Shown: positions 1 to 10,100 of the stretch, one piece after another
Position numbering within the stretch: the stretch's first letter is position 1
Layout: every line of letters starts with the position of its first letter
Source of the DNA: Planctomycetota bacterium
GTDB lineage: Bacteria; Planctomycetota; B15-G4
DNA length: 64,000 nucleotides
Assembly: GCA_965248575.1 (NCBI GenBank)
Contig: CBDFJQ010000002.1
Location: 2,400,001 to 2,464,000 of the forward strand
Direction of reading: 5' to 3'
Made by a program: the position numbers and the translations under genes
The notes under the pieces: generated by a model
The model's input: only the letters and a program-made list of their open reading frames with translations
Told to the model about the DNA's origin: nothing
The model's database searches: none

Positions 1-1
1 G

Positions 2-1450
2 GACCAATGGCAACACACGGACTCCGCCTACAAGGCCTTGGAGACCGGCGTGCTCCTTCCCGCCGGATACAATTACCCCTCCCTCTGCTTCGACCTGACC
101 CTCACGGCCCTTGCCAGCCACGTGGGTTGGACCACCCTGCGCTCTGATGAGGACCCGAGCGGAGAGGCATTCCATGCGCGTGCCCTGCGCTACGCACATG
201 CCCACCGCGAGCGCCTCGAACTCAAGATCCGCCGCTGGTTCCTCACCCTCTCCCTGTTGACGCCGCTGCTGCTGTTGTTGGGGCTCGGGTGCGCCTGGGG
301 CTGGCGCGCCGGGCTCCTGGCCGCTGCATGCCTGGCGAGCTGCCATGAGTTCCTCTACCACGCGCGTTTCATTGCACCCGACACGCTGATGGCGCTTTGC
401 GCTGCAGGCACCTTTGCCTGTCTGCTGCTCGGCTACGCCCGGCGCAGCACGACTTTCCTCTACGTCGCCGCCGTCGGCGCGGGCCTCACGACCTCTGCCA
501 AGTACACCGGTGTGTTCATGGTCCTGCCGGTCCTACTCGCCGAACCGCTGCTCTTGCGTGGGGCCTGGCCTGGCTCAACACGACGCCGCGCGGTCTTGCT
601 CGCTGGCTTGGCCTTCGCCACCTTCCTGGCGACGACACCTGGAATGCTCCTGGAACCCCAGCGAGTGCTGGAGGATGTCGCGGAGCAGGCCCGGGTGTAT
701 GCCGCCGGCCACCGGGTCTACACCGTCGAGGCCGGCCTGCCCCACCTGGCGCATGCAGCGGAGTACCTCGGCACCCAGCTGTTCTCGACCCAGCTCGCCG
801 GCAATCTGCTCGCTGCCGCCCTGGGGGTCTGGGGCCTTGGAGTGCTCGCTCGCACCCGGCCAAGGCTTCTGTGCTTGGGTCTCGCGTTCGCCCTGCCGTA
901 TCTGGCGCTCTTGTGCACGAGTCGCACGTTCATCGTGCGCAACCTCATGGTGCTCGTCCCGCTCTGCGCGGTGAGCGTGGCCGTCGGTGCCGAGGACATC
1001 TTGCGGCGACTTCCGCGCGCCCTCACGTGGGCGGCCACCGCTTCGCTGCTGCTGCTCTTGGGCGCCAACGCGGGTTCCCGATGGCTCGATGCCCAGGACA
1101 TCGCCGCCCATGCGCGTGACCCGGCCTACCCGTTCCAGCTAGCTGTCGCCGACCTCGCCGAGCAATCCAATCAGGGGGAACGCCCCGTGTACCTGGCAGG
1201 CGACACCCGCATGTTCCTGAAGAAGTACGGGATCAACCTTGACGGTCTGGAGACATCCATCGCCTTGCGCCCAGAAGACGCCGACTACGCTCTCGTCGTG
1301 CCGCAGTTCTTTCCAGCCACGGGGCCGGGCCTGATCCATCGCTGGTACGGCACGAGGGAGGTCAACTACCCGTACTACCACTCGTGGCATCAGCGCAAGC
1401 CCGCGCTCGTCAGCATCGCCTTGGCGCAGCACTACAACGAACTCGAGTAG
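2..1450 (+). CDS. GT-C fold / ArnT-PMT-like (glycosyltransferase family 39-like) polytopic membrane protein, 5'-partial
   Basis: The frame is open from position 2 (DQWQHTDSAYKALETG...YNYP). Many hydrophobic TM segments, 'HARFIAPD' and 'AGLTTSAKYTG' motifs typical of ArnT/PMT_2 proteins. Confidence 0.75.
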   Translation, partial: DQWQHTDSAYKALETGVLLPAGYNYPSLCFDLTLTALASHVGWTTLRSDEDPSGEAFHARALRYAHAHRERLELKIRRWFLTLSLLTPLLLLLGLGCAWGWRAGLLAAACLASCHEFLYHARFIAPDTLMALCAAGTFACLLLGYARRSTTFLYVAAVGAGLTTSAKYTGVFMVLPVLLAEPLLLRGAWPGSTRRRAVLLAGLAFATFLATTPGMLLEPQRVLEDVAEQARVYAAGHRVYTVEAGLPHLAHAAEYLGTQLFSTQLAGNLLAAALGVWGLGVLARTRPRLLCLGLAFALPYLALLCTSRTFIVRNLMVLVPLCAVSVAVGAEDILRRLPRALTWAATASLLLLLGANAGSRWLDAQDIAAHARDPAYPFQLAVADLAEQSNQGERPVYLAGDTRMFLKKYGINLDGLETSIALRPEDADYALVVPQFFPATGPGLIHRWYGTREVNYPYYHSWHQRKPALVSIALAQHYNELE

Positions 1451-1473
1451 CTGTGGCCCCAACTGCTGGGCTG

Positions 1474-2463
1474 CTACCAGCCTAGCGCCGTAACCCCCTC
1501 ATGAATCGTCTTTGCGATGAGGGCGTGCCCATCGACATTGGGGTGCACGACATCCAGGAAGAACGGGGCGGGGTCCAAGCCATCATGCTCCAGCGGCAGG
1601 TCAATGAGAGGAACGGCGTGATCCACCGCGAAGCTGCGCAACACGGCCTCGTGCCCGTGATGGTGCCGGTACCAGGGAACGGTCAACACCAACTGGAGCC
1701 CCTGCTCTTCGCAGAAGGAGCGCAGGCGTTCCAGCATCTCGAGCCGAGTGGACTCCGGGACACGTGGCCGGACATCGATGGTCTCGGCCAGGAGCTGCTC
1801 GTTCATCTCATGCCCGGCGCCGCGCCACGTCTGGATCCAACGCCAGGCATTGCTGTGCTCGGTCAACCAACCGATCAGTCGGGCCACGGGTTGGCGGCGC
1901 GCTTGCATCAGCGCCCAGTCGTCGAGACCCAAAGTGGTTTCCACGCCCGAGGTCGTGCGTCGGGTGAGATAGGTCACGGGCAGGGAATCGTTGAACCCGA
2001 AGGCCAGCAGGACGGCGTCCACACCCAGCCCCTTGGCTTCCCGCTCCAACAACATCACCCCCTGCACGAGGGTGTAGCCCGGCAAGGCAGCATTCACGAG
2101 CCGGGTCTGGCCCGGCGATTGATCGCGATCCAGGTGGGACTGCAGCAAGGACACATAGGTCTGTTCGTAAGGCAACTCCCAGCCGAAGGTCGACGACTCA
2201 CCCAGCACCAAGACCCGAAACTCCTCGGCCTCATCGTCCACCAGCTCAGGGCCCCGCCAGCCATGGCTGTTCGTCTGCACCTGGCCATTCTCGCTGCGAG
2301 CGCTGGGCTCCAGGCGCCAGAACAAGTCGTGGTCGTAGCGCCCCAAGCCCATGGCTGTGCGCGTTTCCAGCGGGAAGGCCGGGCCCTCCGCAACACCCAT
2401 CAGGTAGGAGCCCGCTTCGACGAGCAGCAAGACGAGCGCGGGGGACAGCACGGCCAGGGCCAT
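1474..2463 (-). CDS. SGNH/GDSL hydrolase family protein with N-terminal membrane anchor
   Basis: Block I 'VLVLGESSTFG', block II 'NAALPGY', block III 'FGFND', block V 'DVVHPN'; N-terminal TM. The true start may lie a few codons upstream. Confidence 0.85.
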   Translation of the reverse strand: MALAVLSPALVLLLVEAGSYLMGVAEGPAFPLETRTAMGLGRYDHDLFWRLEPSARSENGQVQTNSHGWRGPELVDDEAEEFRVLVLGESSTFGWELPYEQTYVSLLQSHLDRDQSPGQTRLVNAALPGYTLVQGVMLLEREAKGLGVDAVLLAFGFNDSLPVTYLTRRTTSGVETTLGLDDWALMQARRQPVARLIGWLTEHSNAWRWIQTWRGAGHEMNEQLLAETIDVRPRVPESTRLEMLERLRSFCEEQGLQLVLTVPWYRHHHGHEAVLRSFAVDHAVPLIDLPLEHDGLDPAPFFLDVVHPNVDGHALIAKTIHEGVTALGW

Positions 2464-2861
2464 GCGCTTCCAGAGGCGCCCGGAGCGACGGGCGCCTCGC
2501 GCGCCGAGCCCCGTTGGACCCAGAGTTGTCGTGTCTTCGCTGACGGATCGTCTCCCTGAAACGACCTCAGTCTATCGCGCGGATTCCCCCGTCGGGTCGT
2601 CCGACTCACTGCCAAGAAAACGGAGGACAACCCCAGTCCGGGGCTGCCCTCCGCTCGTTCCACATCCACACCAGCACGTGGCTGGTTTGGGCATTCCGGA
2701 CACCACATGTCGGGAGGAGGTGCCCTTGTTCCATCCGGGAAGGTGGCCGAGCAGGAGACCGCGGGCAGGGTGCTGCCCCCCGTGACCACCTGGACGCTGG
2801 ATGTCACCGACCTCTCGGGGCCATCGCGGAAAACTTTCAGGTCCCGAATCGGGGCTTTCAG

Positions 2862-2907
2862 GAAAAGATCGAGCCGCCCCTCGCACGTGGGCGAGGGGCG
2901 GCTCGAT
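2862..2907 (-). terminator. Perfect 17-bp inverted repeat, intrinsic-terminator-like on the minus strand
   Basis: ATCGAGCCGCCCCTCGC (2868-2884), 6-nt loop, GCGAGGGGCGGCTCGAT (2891-2907). On the minus strand it is followed by CTTTT. Confidence 0.55.
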
Positions 2908-3517
2908 GGACAACAGCAGGGGGCGGGAGACGACGAACGTCGCCCGCGCTGCTCACTCTCTCGTTCCCCTCGCTACGAGAGCTCGGAAGGCCAACCTGGC
3001 GAAACCGGTGAGGGCCCCGCCCTCATCGCTGACATCGACCTGCGGGTCTCGAACATCCAAAAGACCCTGGTTGGCCCCCGCACTCGGACCACGCCGCGAA
3101 CACTTCACGTCCCCCCTGCTGCGTCGGGTGCTCAGCGCGTGGCCCATGTGTTCCACATCTTTCCCAGCTGAATTCGGCTCGAGGCGGCGCTCAACAGCGC
3201 ACGCCGGAACCCTGCGCACCGGCTGCCCCGTCGTGCGCCCGCAAGGGTCCGTGGACCTATGCGGTGTCTGGCGCCAAGGCGAAGCCAAAAAATTCGAAGT
3301 TCCCAGAAAACAGGAGAGCATTTTCAGATAGCTAGCCCCCCTTTCGGACCGGCCATTCCCGAAGCTCCCAAGAGTTCACTTCGATTGCCTGCCCCAATCC
3401 CATCAAAGGGACGGCGGCTGGCCACACGCCCCGCCATTCCTCAAGCCACCTCCGCCATCCAGGTGCCTTACGATGAACCGCTCACCCAGAGCCACGCCGC
3501 TCCCCGCAGGTCTGACG

Positions 3518-5485
3518 ATGTCTGACTCCCAACCCAACCCCCGCAGCCATCCATTGGACGGCACAGACGACCCGCAAGAAGCCGCCGCGCTGTATGTGCA
3601 GGAGACGGCTGAGGGCCACGACCCCCAGCTGGATGACTGGGCCAGCCGGCTGAGCGATGACGAAAACCGAGCCAGCTTCCGCCGCATGGTCGGCGATGCC
3701 CAGGCGGTCACCAGCCTGCTTCCCCGCCAGGTGGGCCCGGGTGTGGTGCTGGGAGGTCGCTACCGCATCGAGCACGAGATCGGCGTGGGCGGCATGGGCA
3801 AGGTCTTCCACGCCACCGACCTGCACCTCGGCAGGGCCGTGGCCGTGAAGGTCTTGGCGGCCATGGGGCGCAGCGACTTCGATCCGCTCGAGTTGTTCCG
3901 CAAGGAATCCCGCCTGCTCGCGTCGCTCCGGCACCCGAACATCGTCGCCATCCATGAGGCGGCGACCGACGGCGACATCTCGTACCTGGTCATGGATCTC
4001 ATCCGGGGTGAGACCATCGCGGACGTGCTCGAATCGGTGCGGGAGGGCGTCGAACCTGACAAGCGCGGACGCCGCCCGGCGCCCCATGACGGCCTGGCCC
4101 TGGCCAAAGCCCTGGGCGCCTCCGCCACCGACAGCCGCACCAATCTGGTGGACGAGCGTTCCTGGTGGAGGACCGTGGCCAGGATCATGGTCGATGTGGC
4201 GGACACCCTGGACTCCACGCACGGCAAAGGCGTCATCCATCGCGACCTCAAGCCCAGCAATATCCTGCTGCGCCAGGACGGCACCCCGGTGGTGCTCGAC
4301 TTTGGTTTGGCGGGCTTCCTGGACGGCGGCGATGGTGCCGTCACCCAGGGCTTCGTCGGCAGCGCTGCCTACCTCGCGCCGGAGCAAGTGCAGCGCCGGG
4401 CCGTGGGCTCCGACCCGCGCTCGGACATCTACCAGCTCGGCCTGTTGCTGTACGAGCTGTTGACCCTGGTCCGGGCCTTCCCGGGGGAGAGCATCGGCGA
4501 ACTGCTACCGCTGATCTCCAGCGGAAAGTTCCTGCGCCCGCGTGAGCTGGACAGCTCCATCCCCTCCGAGTTGGAAGCCATCTGCCTCAAGGCGATGGAG
4601 CTCGAACCCGGACGGCGCTACGCCAGCGCCAGGCATCTGCTGGAGGATCTCGAGCGCTATCTCGGTGGCCAAGAACTACCCCTGGCAGCCCGGGGCGGCA
4701 ACGCAGCCGACATGGCTCGCCGGGCACGGTACTTCGCACGTCGCCATCGTGGACGCCTGCTCGCCGCCGTGGCCGGTCTCCTGATCATCGCAACGGCCGT
4801 CATTGCCGCCGAACTGGGCGACGATGCGGGAGGAATGCAGATCTTCGAGCCCTATCGCTACGACGCCGAGACCTGGAAACCCATCGCCGTCGGACACGGT
4901 GACAGCGCTTCCCTCAACGAAGTGATTGGGGTGCTCGTGAAGAACGAACGCCCCCTCTACCTGTACGTGCTCTCAGTCTTCGGCCAGGCGAACCCGCCCG
5001 ACTGGATCGTGCCCATGGAACCCCAGGCCGTCATCCAGGACATCGAAGGAACGGAGTGGACGCCCACGCCTGATGCCTTGGAGGATCAGTGGGCCCTGCG
5101 CATCGACCCGCGTGAGGGCGGCACCCACGTGGCCTGCGCCCGCATCGAAGAGCTCAGCGCCGACATCCCCTACGAAGGTTTGTGGGTGATCGCCAGCCCT
5201 GAGCCCCAGCCACACCTCGCAAGCTGGATGAGCGCCCTGCGCCGCGACTCCCTGTTCTCGGACGACGGCTCCGAAGCCATCACCTACACCAGGGCCCATG
5301 AGCTCTTCGCCGCGGTGGAACGCGGGTCTTCGCCCAACCTCTCGGCCACCGAACGGGCCAAGCTGCTCAGCCATCTGGATGCCGACGGTGTCTTCAGTGA
5401 AGAGTGGCCTTTCAACCACAGCCAACGCTTCACGTTCTTCTTCAAGATGGACCAGGCTCTCGCGGGAACAGCGTCCGACGGGTAG
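3518..5485 (+). CDS. Hanks-type Ser/Thr protein kinase with one TM helix and a C-terminal extracytoplasmic DUF4384-like domain
   Basis: GVGGMGKV, VAVK, HRDLKPSN, DFG and APE motifs are intact. TM 'LLAAVAGLLIIATAVIAAEL'. The C-terminal 'GDSASLNEVIGVLVKNERPLYLYVLSV' resembles DUF4384. Start ATG 3518 preferred over 3473. Confidence 0.93.
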   Translation: MSDSQPNPRSHPLDGTDDPQEAAALYVQETAEGHDPQLDDWASRLSDDENRASFRRMVGDAQAVTSLLPRQVGPGVVLGGRYRIEHEIGVGGMGKVFHATDLHLGRAVAVKVLAAMGRSDFDPLELFRKESRLLASLRHPNIVAIHEAATDGDISYLVMDLIRGETIADVLESVREGVEPDKRGRRPAPHDGLALAKALGASATDSRTNLVDERSWWRTVARIMVDVADTLDSTHGKGVIHRDLKPSNILLRQDGTPVVLDFGLAGFLDGGDGAVTQGFVGSAAYLAPEQVQRRAVGSDPRSDIYQLGLLLYELLTLVRAFPGESIGELLPLISSGKFLRPRELDSSIPSELEAICLKAMELEPGRRYASARHLLEDLERYLGGQELPLAARGGNAADMARRARYFARRHRGRLLAAVAGLLIIATAVIAAELGDDAGGMQIFEPYRYDAETWKPIAVGHGDSASLNEVIGVLVKNERPLYLYVLSVFGQANPPDWIVPMEPQAVIQDIEGTEWTPTPDALEDQWALRIDPREGGTHVACARIEELSADIPYEGLWVIASPEPQPHLASWMSALRRDSLFSDDGSEAITYTRAHELFAAVERGSSPNLSATERAKLLSHLDADGVFSEEWPFNHSQRFTFFFKMDQALAGTASDG

Positions 5486-5536
5486 GTTGTGCGGCTAGGC
5501 CAATAGCTGGCCAGCTCGCCCTCCCGCTGGACGCAA

Positions 5537-6157
5537 ATGGATAGCGAAGTCACGCAATCCCTGGATCTCCTGCGCCGTGCCCAAGATGGGGACGACGGCG
5601 CAGTGAACCTCTTGTTCACCCGCTACTACGAGCGCGTGCGGCGCATCGTGCGCATGAGGTTGGGGCCAGTCCTGAGACGGCGCGTTGACAGCGGCGACAT
5701 CCTGCAGGAGACCTTCGTGGCAGCCGTCGGTTGCTTCGATCGCTTTGAAGTGCGGGACGAAGCCAGCTTCATCAGTTGGCTGGCGCGCATCGCGCAACGT
5801 CAGGTGTTTGCCGCAGCCGATCACCACACGGCACAGAAGCGCGACACCGGTCGAGAGGTGCCGCTCTTGCACAGCAGCGAGTCGGGCAAGATCGGCATCG
5901 ACCCCGCCGCGACGGGCCTGTCACCCCTCGAATCGCTCACCCACGACGAGCAGACCCAGCGCGTCGAAGACTGCATCTCCGAACTCGCGGAACCCTACCG
6001 TGAGCTGATCATCCTGCGTGACTACGCCGGGGCTTCCTGGGAGACCATCGCAGAGGAGACAGACCGCCCGAGCGCCGCTGCTGCCCGCATGATGCACGCC
6101 ACCGCGCTCATCGAGCTGGGCAAGAAGGTGCGCGAACGGGGAGGCGAAGGAACATAG
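5537..6157 (+). CDS. ECF sigma-70 factor, planctomycete kinase-associated type
   Basis: Sigma2 'LLRRAQDGDDGAVNLLFTRYYERVRRIVRMRLG...RRRVDSGDILQETF...FISWLARIA' and sigma4 'YRELIILRDYAGASWETIAE'; directly downstream of the kinase. Confidence 0.92.
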   Translation: MDSEVTQSLDLLRRAQDGDDGAVNLLFTRYYERVRRIVRMRLGPVLRRRVDSGDILQETFVAAVGCFDRFEVRDEASFISWLARIAQRQVFAAADHHTAQKRDTGREVPLLHSSESGKIGIDPAATGLSPLESLTHDEQTQRVEDCISELAEPYRELIILRDYAGASWETIAEETDRPSAAAARMMHATALIELGKKVRERGGEGT

Positions 6158-6252
6158 GCACGGCTTTTGTGCAGGCTGCGTGCGAGCGGCCTTCCCCATG
6201 GGACTTAAATTCCCATGTAGGGTGAGCCACCCCCTACTCGGAGAGCAGAGCC

Positions 6253-7134
6253 ATGTCAGGACAGGCATACGAACGCGAAAAAGAACCGACGCCCCAGCGG
6301 ACGCGAACCCCACAGCTGCGCGACGACGACGTCCTGGTCGATCCTTTCCGGGCCTCCGTCACACCCCACTTCCCCACCGAAGGATCCAATGGCGCCCTGA
6401 CGCTGACCATCGCGATCCCACCGACGGTAGGAGTAGAGGAGCACGTCGACAGCGGGCGGGCCATCCCCCAGGGCACCGAGGTCACCGTGCGCATCTGGAT
6501 GAAATCCCTCGAAGATCGCAGCGACGACATGTCGTACGAAGACTGCACGCTGGTCGCGGGCCCCTTCGTCGTTGGCAACGGGCCTTGGGAAGTTCAGTGC
6601 GAGTCCTCGGCGGCAAACTACAACGAGAACGCCCCCTTCTATGGCATCGCCTCACAGTTCTTCAACACGACGGCCCATCTGCTTGAAGACTTCAACTCCG
6701 AGGCGTTCAACAACAACCCCGGCGGCGTCGGCACGTCCCAGGGCGGCCCGTTGTCGGTCAACATATCCGGCGGATACTCACCCGCAGGGCCCGCAGTGCT
6801 GGACGTCACCTTCGCCACGGACACGACGGCAGCGCCTGACGGCGTCACCTACTACGCCAAGCTCTGGGCCGTGCACTTGGTTGCCGGCATGACCACGGTG
6901 ACGTACGACCCCCAGATCACCACAGCCGTCAGTGAACAGGGCGACCTGCCTGGCAGCATCGCGAACGCCGGGGCGGACATGGACCCGAGCTTCCCCAATG
7001 TGGGCTTTGTCGCGGAGATCCATCAAGTGCTCGGCCGCGCCGACACGGTGATCTACACCTCTTGCCAGATCTTCAACGCTCCTGCCACTGAGGCTTGGAC
7101 GTTCATCGCAGAAGGAACGCCCAACCCCCAGTAG
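6253..7134 (+). CDS. Hypothetical beta-rich acidic protein with an apparent internal two-domain duplication
   Basis: 293-aa ORF with GC3-biased codons and RBS GGAGAG upstream. No recognisable family and no signal peptide. Confidence 0.7.
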   Translation: MSGQAYEREKEPTPQRTRTPQLRDDDVLVDPFRASVTPHFPTEGSNGALTLTIAIPPTVGVEEHVDSGRAIPQGTEVTVRIWMKSLEDRSDDMSYEDCTLVAGPFVVGNGPWEVQCESSAANYNENAPFYGIASQFFNTTAHLLEDFNSEAFNNNPGGVGTSQGGPLSVNISGGYSPAGPAVLDVTFATDTTAAPDGVTYYAKLWAVHLVAGMTTVTYDPQITTAVSEQGDLPGSIANAGADMDPSFPNVGFVAEIHQVLGRADTVIYTSCQIFNAPATEAWTFIAEGTPNPQ

Positions 7135-7162
7135 GGGCACACGACTTGTAGGCGGCCTGTCG

Positions 7163-10100
7163 TCAGTCAGGCAGACCCACATGAATGAACGGCGCCCACA
7201 GGTAAGGGTGCCCGGTGGTGGCGTCCGTCGGGTGCAGCGGGTTTCCAAGAGATCCGCCGCGCTCGACGGTGTCGCCTTCTTCAATAGGCGCGGGGCGTGT
7301 CAGCGAGCCACCACGAACCGTGGAGCCCGCAACCCGCAGGCGGCCTCGCCGCAACGCCAGCTTGGCGAGGCGCAACGCCCGCGCCGTGGCCACGCCCTCG
7401 GCCATCTGGTCGTAGAGCCCGGCCATCATGCGCGCCGTCTCGATGTCGTTCACGGTCCAGAGGCTCGCCACCACAGCCCGCGAGCCTGCATAGAGAAAGG
7501 CTCGAGTGAGGGATTGGACTCCCTCGCCGCGCTGCTCCACCCCACGCGCCGAGTTACAGGCAGACAGGACGGTCAAACGCGCGTCGAGCAGCAAGCTGAG
7601 CACGTCGCCCACAGGCAGCTCGTGCCCGCCACTCGGATCGGCAGCCAGCACGAGCGCTGTCCGGCGCACGTCGTTGCGGTCCACCCGACCATGAGCTGCC
7701 AGGTGGATCACATCGAAGCGGCGCAGGTCTCCGGAGAGCCGCCCAGCGTGAGCCTCGCTGCCCACATGCAACTCAACCCCCGCCCCTCGCTTGGAGAAGC
7801 TGCGTTCCCCTTCGAACAGGGCCTCCCAATCCGTCGTGGAATCCAGGGTCCCCAGAATGGCGCGGGCCTCGGAACGGGTTCCCAACAAGCGTTGGACAGC
7901 TTGCCCGGACACATCGGTCGCGCCGCCGTAATCGGGGTCAGCCAGCAGCAGGACCTCGCCGCTCTTCGCCTCACCCCCTACACGCCCCGAACGGGAAGCC
8001 AACTCCACCAAGATGGCTGAGGAGGGCCCGTAGACCACCTCGTAATCGTCGAGGACAAAACGCAGCTCTTCGAAGGACTTCGGTGCAAGCGTTGGGCGTT
8101 CCATGACCAGGGCCTCGAAAGGCAAGCTGGTCAGCGCGCCCACTGGAACAATGATCAGCCGGCGGACGGAGAGCTCGGGACCGCTGGCCGCATCCCGCCC
8201 ATCGAGCTCCGCGGCCTGCAGCGCCGGTTCGAGCAAGGACTCGTAGAGGGGTTGGCCGAGCGTCGCAATCCGGTCGGCCCCGCCGGAGAGCGTAGGATCC
8301 GAGATGGCTTCGATGAAGCTGCTGATCCCTGCTTCCAAAGTGCTTCGATCCCCGAGTTCGAGGAAGCGGGCCCCCGCCTTGCTCACAACGTAGGCATAGA
8401 TCGCCTTGTCACCCTGGACGAACTCCACCAGCAAGTCCGTCGGCTTCAAGACCACCGACGCGACCTCGTCGGGATCCGAGCCCACCGGGATCTCCAAGGC
8501 AGCGTCCCGGGGAGCTTCCATCCGCCACTGTTGCTCCAGCTGCTTCACGCGCTTCCCTAGCTCCCCGACCCGCTGGCGTAAATCGCGGATCTGCTCCGGG
8601 TTTTCGAAGGAACCGAAGCTGTCGGAAAGGGCCTCCAACACCGCCTCCCGATCAGCGCGTGCCTCATTCAAGCGCAGGCGCAGGGCCTCGCTCTCGGCCG
8701 TGCGCAAACCCAAGCGCAGCTGAACGATGCCCTCCAGGAGCTGCCGCCCCTTCCAACGGCCGGCGTCCAGGAAACCCAAGCGCAGGATCTCCGCCCGCTC
8801 CCCCGGCTCAGATGCGGACTCCAGGCGGAGCGCCGTCAGCTCCTGGGTGGACTCCGCAAGCCAGCCGGAGGTCTGCCGCTGGACCGCCGTCCGCTCACCG
8901 ATGCCACCACCCCAGTCGACCAGCGTGCTCGCCTCGCCCAGCGCTCGTTCGGCCTGAGCCAACTTGCCCAAGCCCAGGGATGCGTCGGCGACCAGGCCCA
9001 GTGCGAGGATCAACAGCCGTTCATCACCAACGTGCCGGCTGGCCGCCACCGCGCGCTCGCCCAGCGCATGAGCCCGTGTGTACTCGCCTGCGAGCAACTC
9101 CACGTAGCCGGCGTTGTGAAGCCCGGTAGGCAGCATGGTGACGTCATCAGCAATCAGCGCGAGCGCCTGCTGCGCATCCTTCCGGGCCTCGTCGAAGCGC
9201 CCGGCCTCGGCCAGCAAGAAGCCGCGATTGGAGAGGGCGCGCAGCTCGTTGCCCACGTCCTCCTGCTCGTGGAAGATGGCGATGGACTGCCCGACGTTGT
9301 CCGTCGCTCGTTCCATGTCGCCCACCTTGCCCATCAGCAGTCCCTGCTCGAGCAGGGCAGCCGCGCGATACTCGGGTGACGAATCCCCGGCCAGGATCGC
9401 GTCGAGTAGCTCGAGGGCAACGGCCACGTCCTTGAGGCGCACCGCGATCACGGCCAGCTGCAGCTGGATGTTCTGTTGAGCTCGAGTCAGGCCCGCAGCC
9501 AGGGCATCGTTGAGGGCAGCCCGGAACTCCGTGCGTGCTTCCACGGGCCGCCCGCTCTTGAAGAGGATTTCGGCCAGCACGGACCGCGCGCGCACGAGGA
9601 CATCCTTTGACACATCCATCAACAGGACGGCGCGACAGGCGTCCATCGCTTCAGACTGTTTGCCCGCCGCCTCCTGCAGAGACGCCAAGTCCAACAGGAC
9701 ACCCGCTTCGCCCGAGACATCGGCGCCCAGCCGCCACAGCTCCACGCTCTGCTCGAGATGCTCCCTTCCGCGGGCGATCTGGCCCGCCGCCCGCTCCAGC
9801 AGGCCCAGCCTCCGATGCGCGCTGGCCGCGTTCAGCTGGTGCCCTTGGTCCGTGGAGAATTGCAGGAGCTCGTGCAACAGCTCCCGACCTTCGGCAGACC
9901 GACCGACGCTCGCATAGGCCGAACCCAGGTAGCCTCGCGCGAAGCTCTCCAGCTCAGGGTTGCCCGCAACGACCGGCAGCAGCGGTTCGAGCAGCTCCAC
10001 GGCTGCCTGCCCATGCCCGAGGCGATAGTTGGCCCCGCCGAGCAAGAGCCTGCCCAGGACGCCACTGCCCTGATCCCCCAGCTCATCCGCCAGGGGGATG

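Noticed and set aside
2707..3171. 154-aa plus-strand ORF (and overlapping ORFs 2801-3331 + and 2953-3321 -)
   Set aside because: Only short patches look coding, a perfect 17-bp hairpin sits in the middle, and no family is recognisable. It may be a decayed gene but cannot be supported as a CDS.
4685..6157. Further RGG motifs (kinase cytoplasmic 'AARGGN', sigma C-terminal 'RERGG') as CHAT sites
   Set aside because: They would lie in the cytoplasm, away from the exported protease, and such short motifs are frequent by chance in GC-rich genomes.
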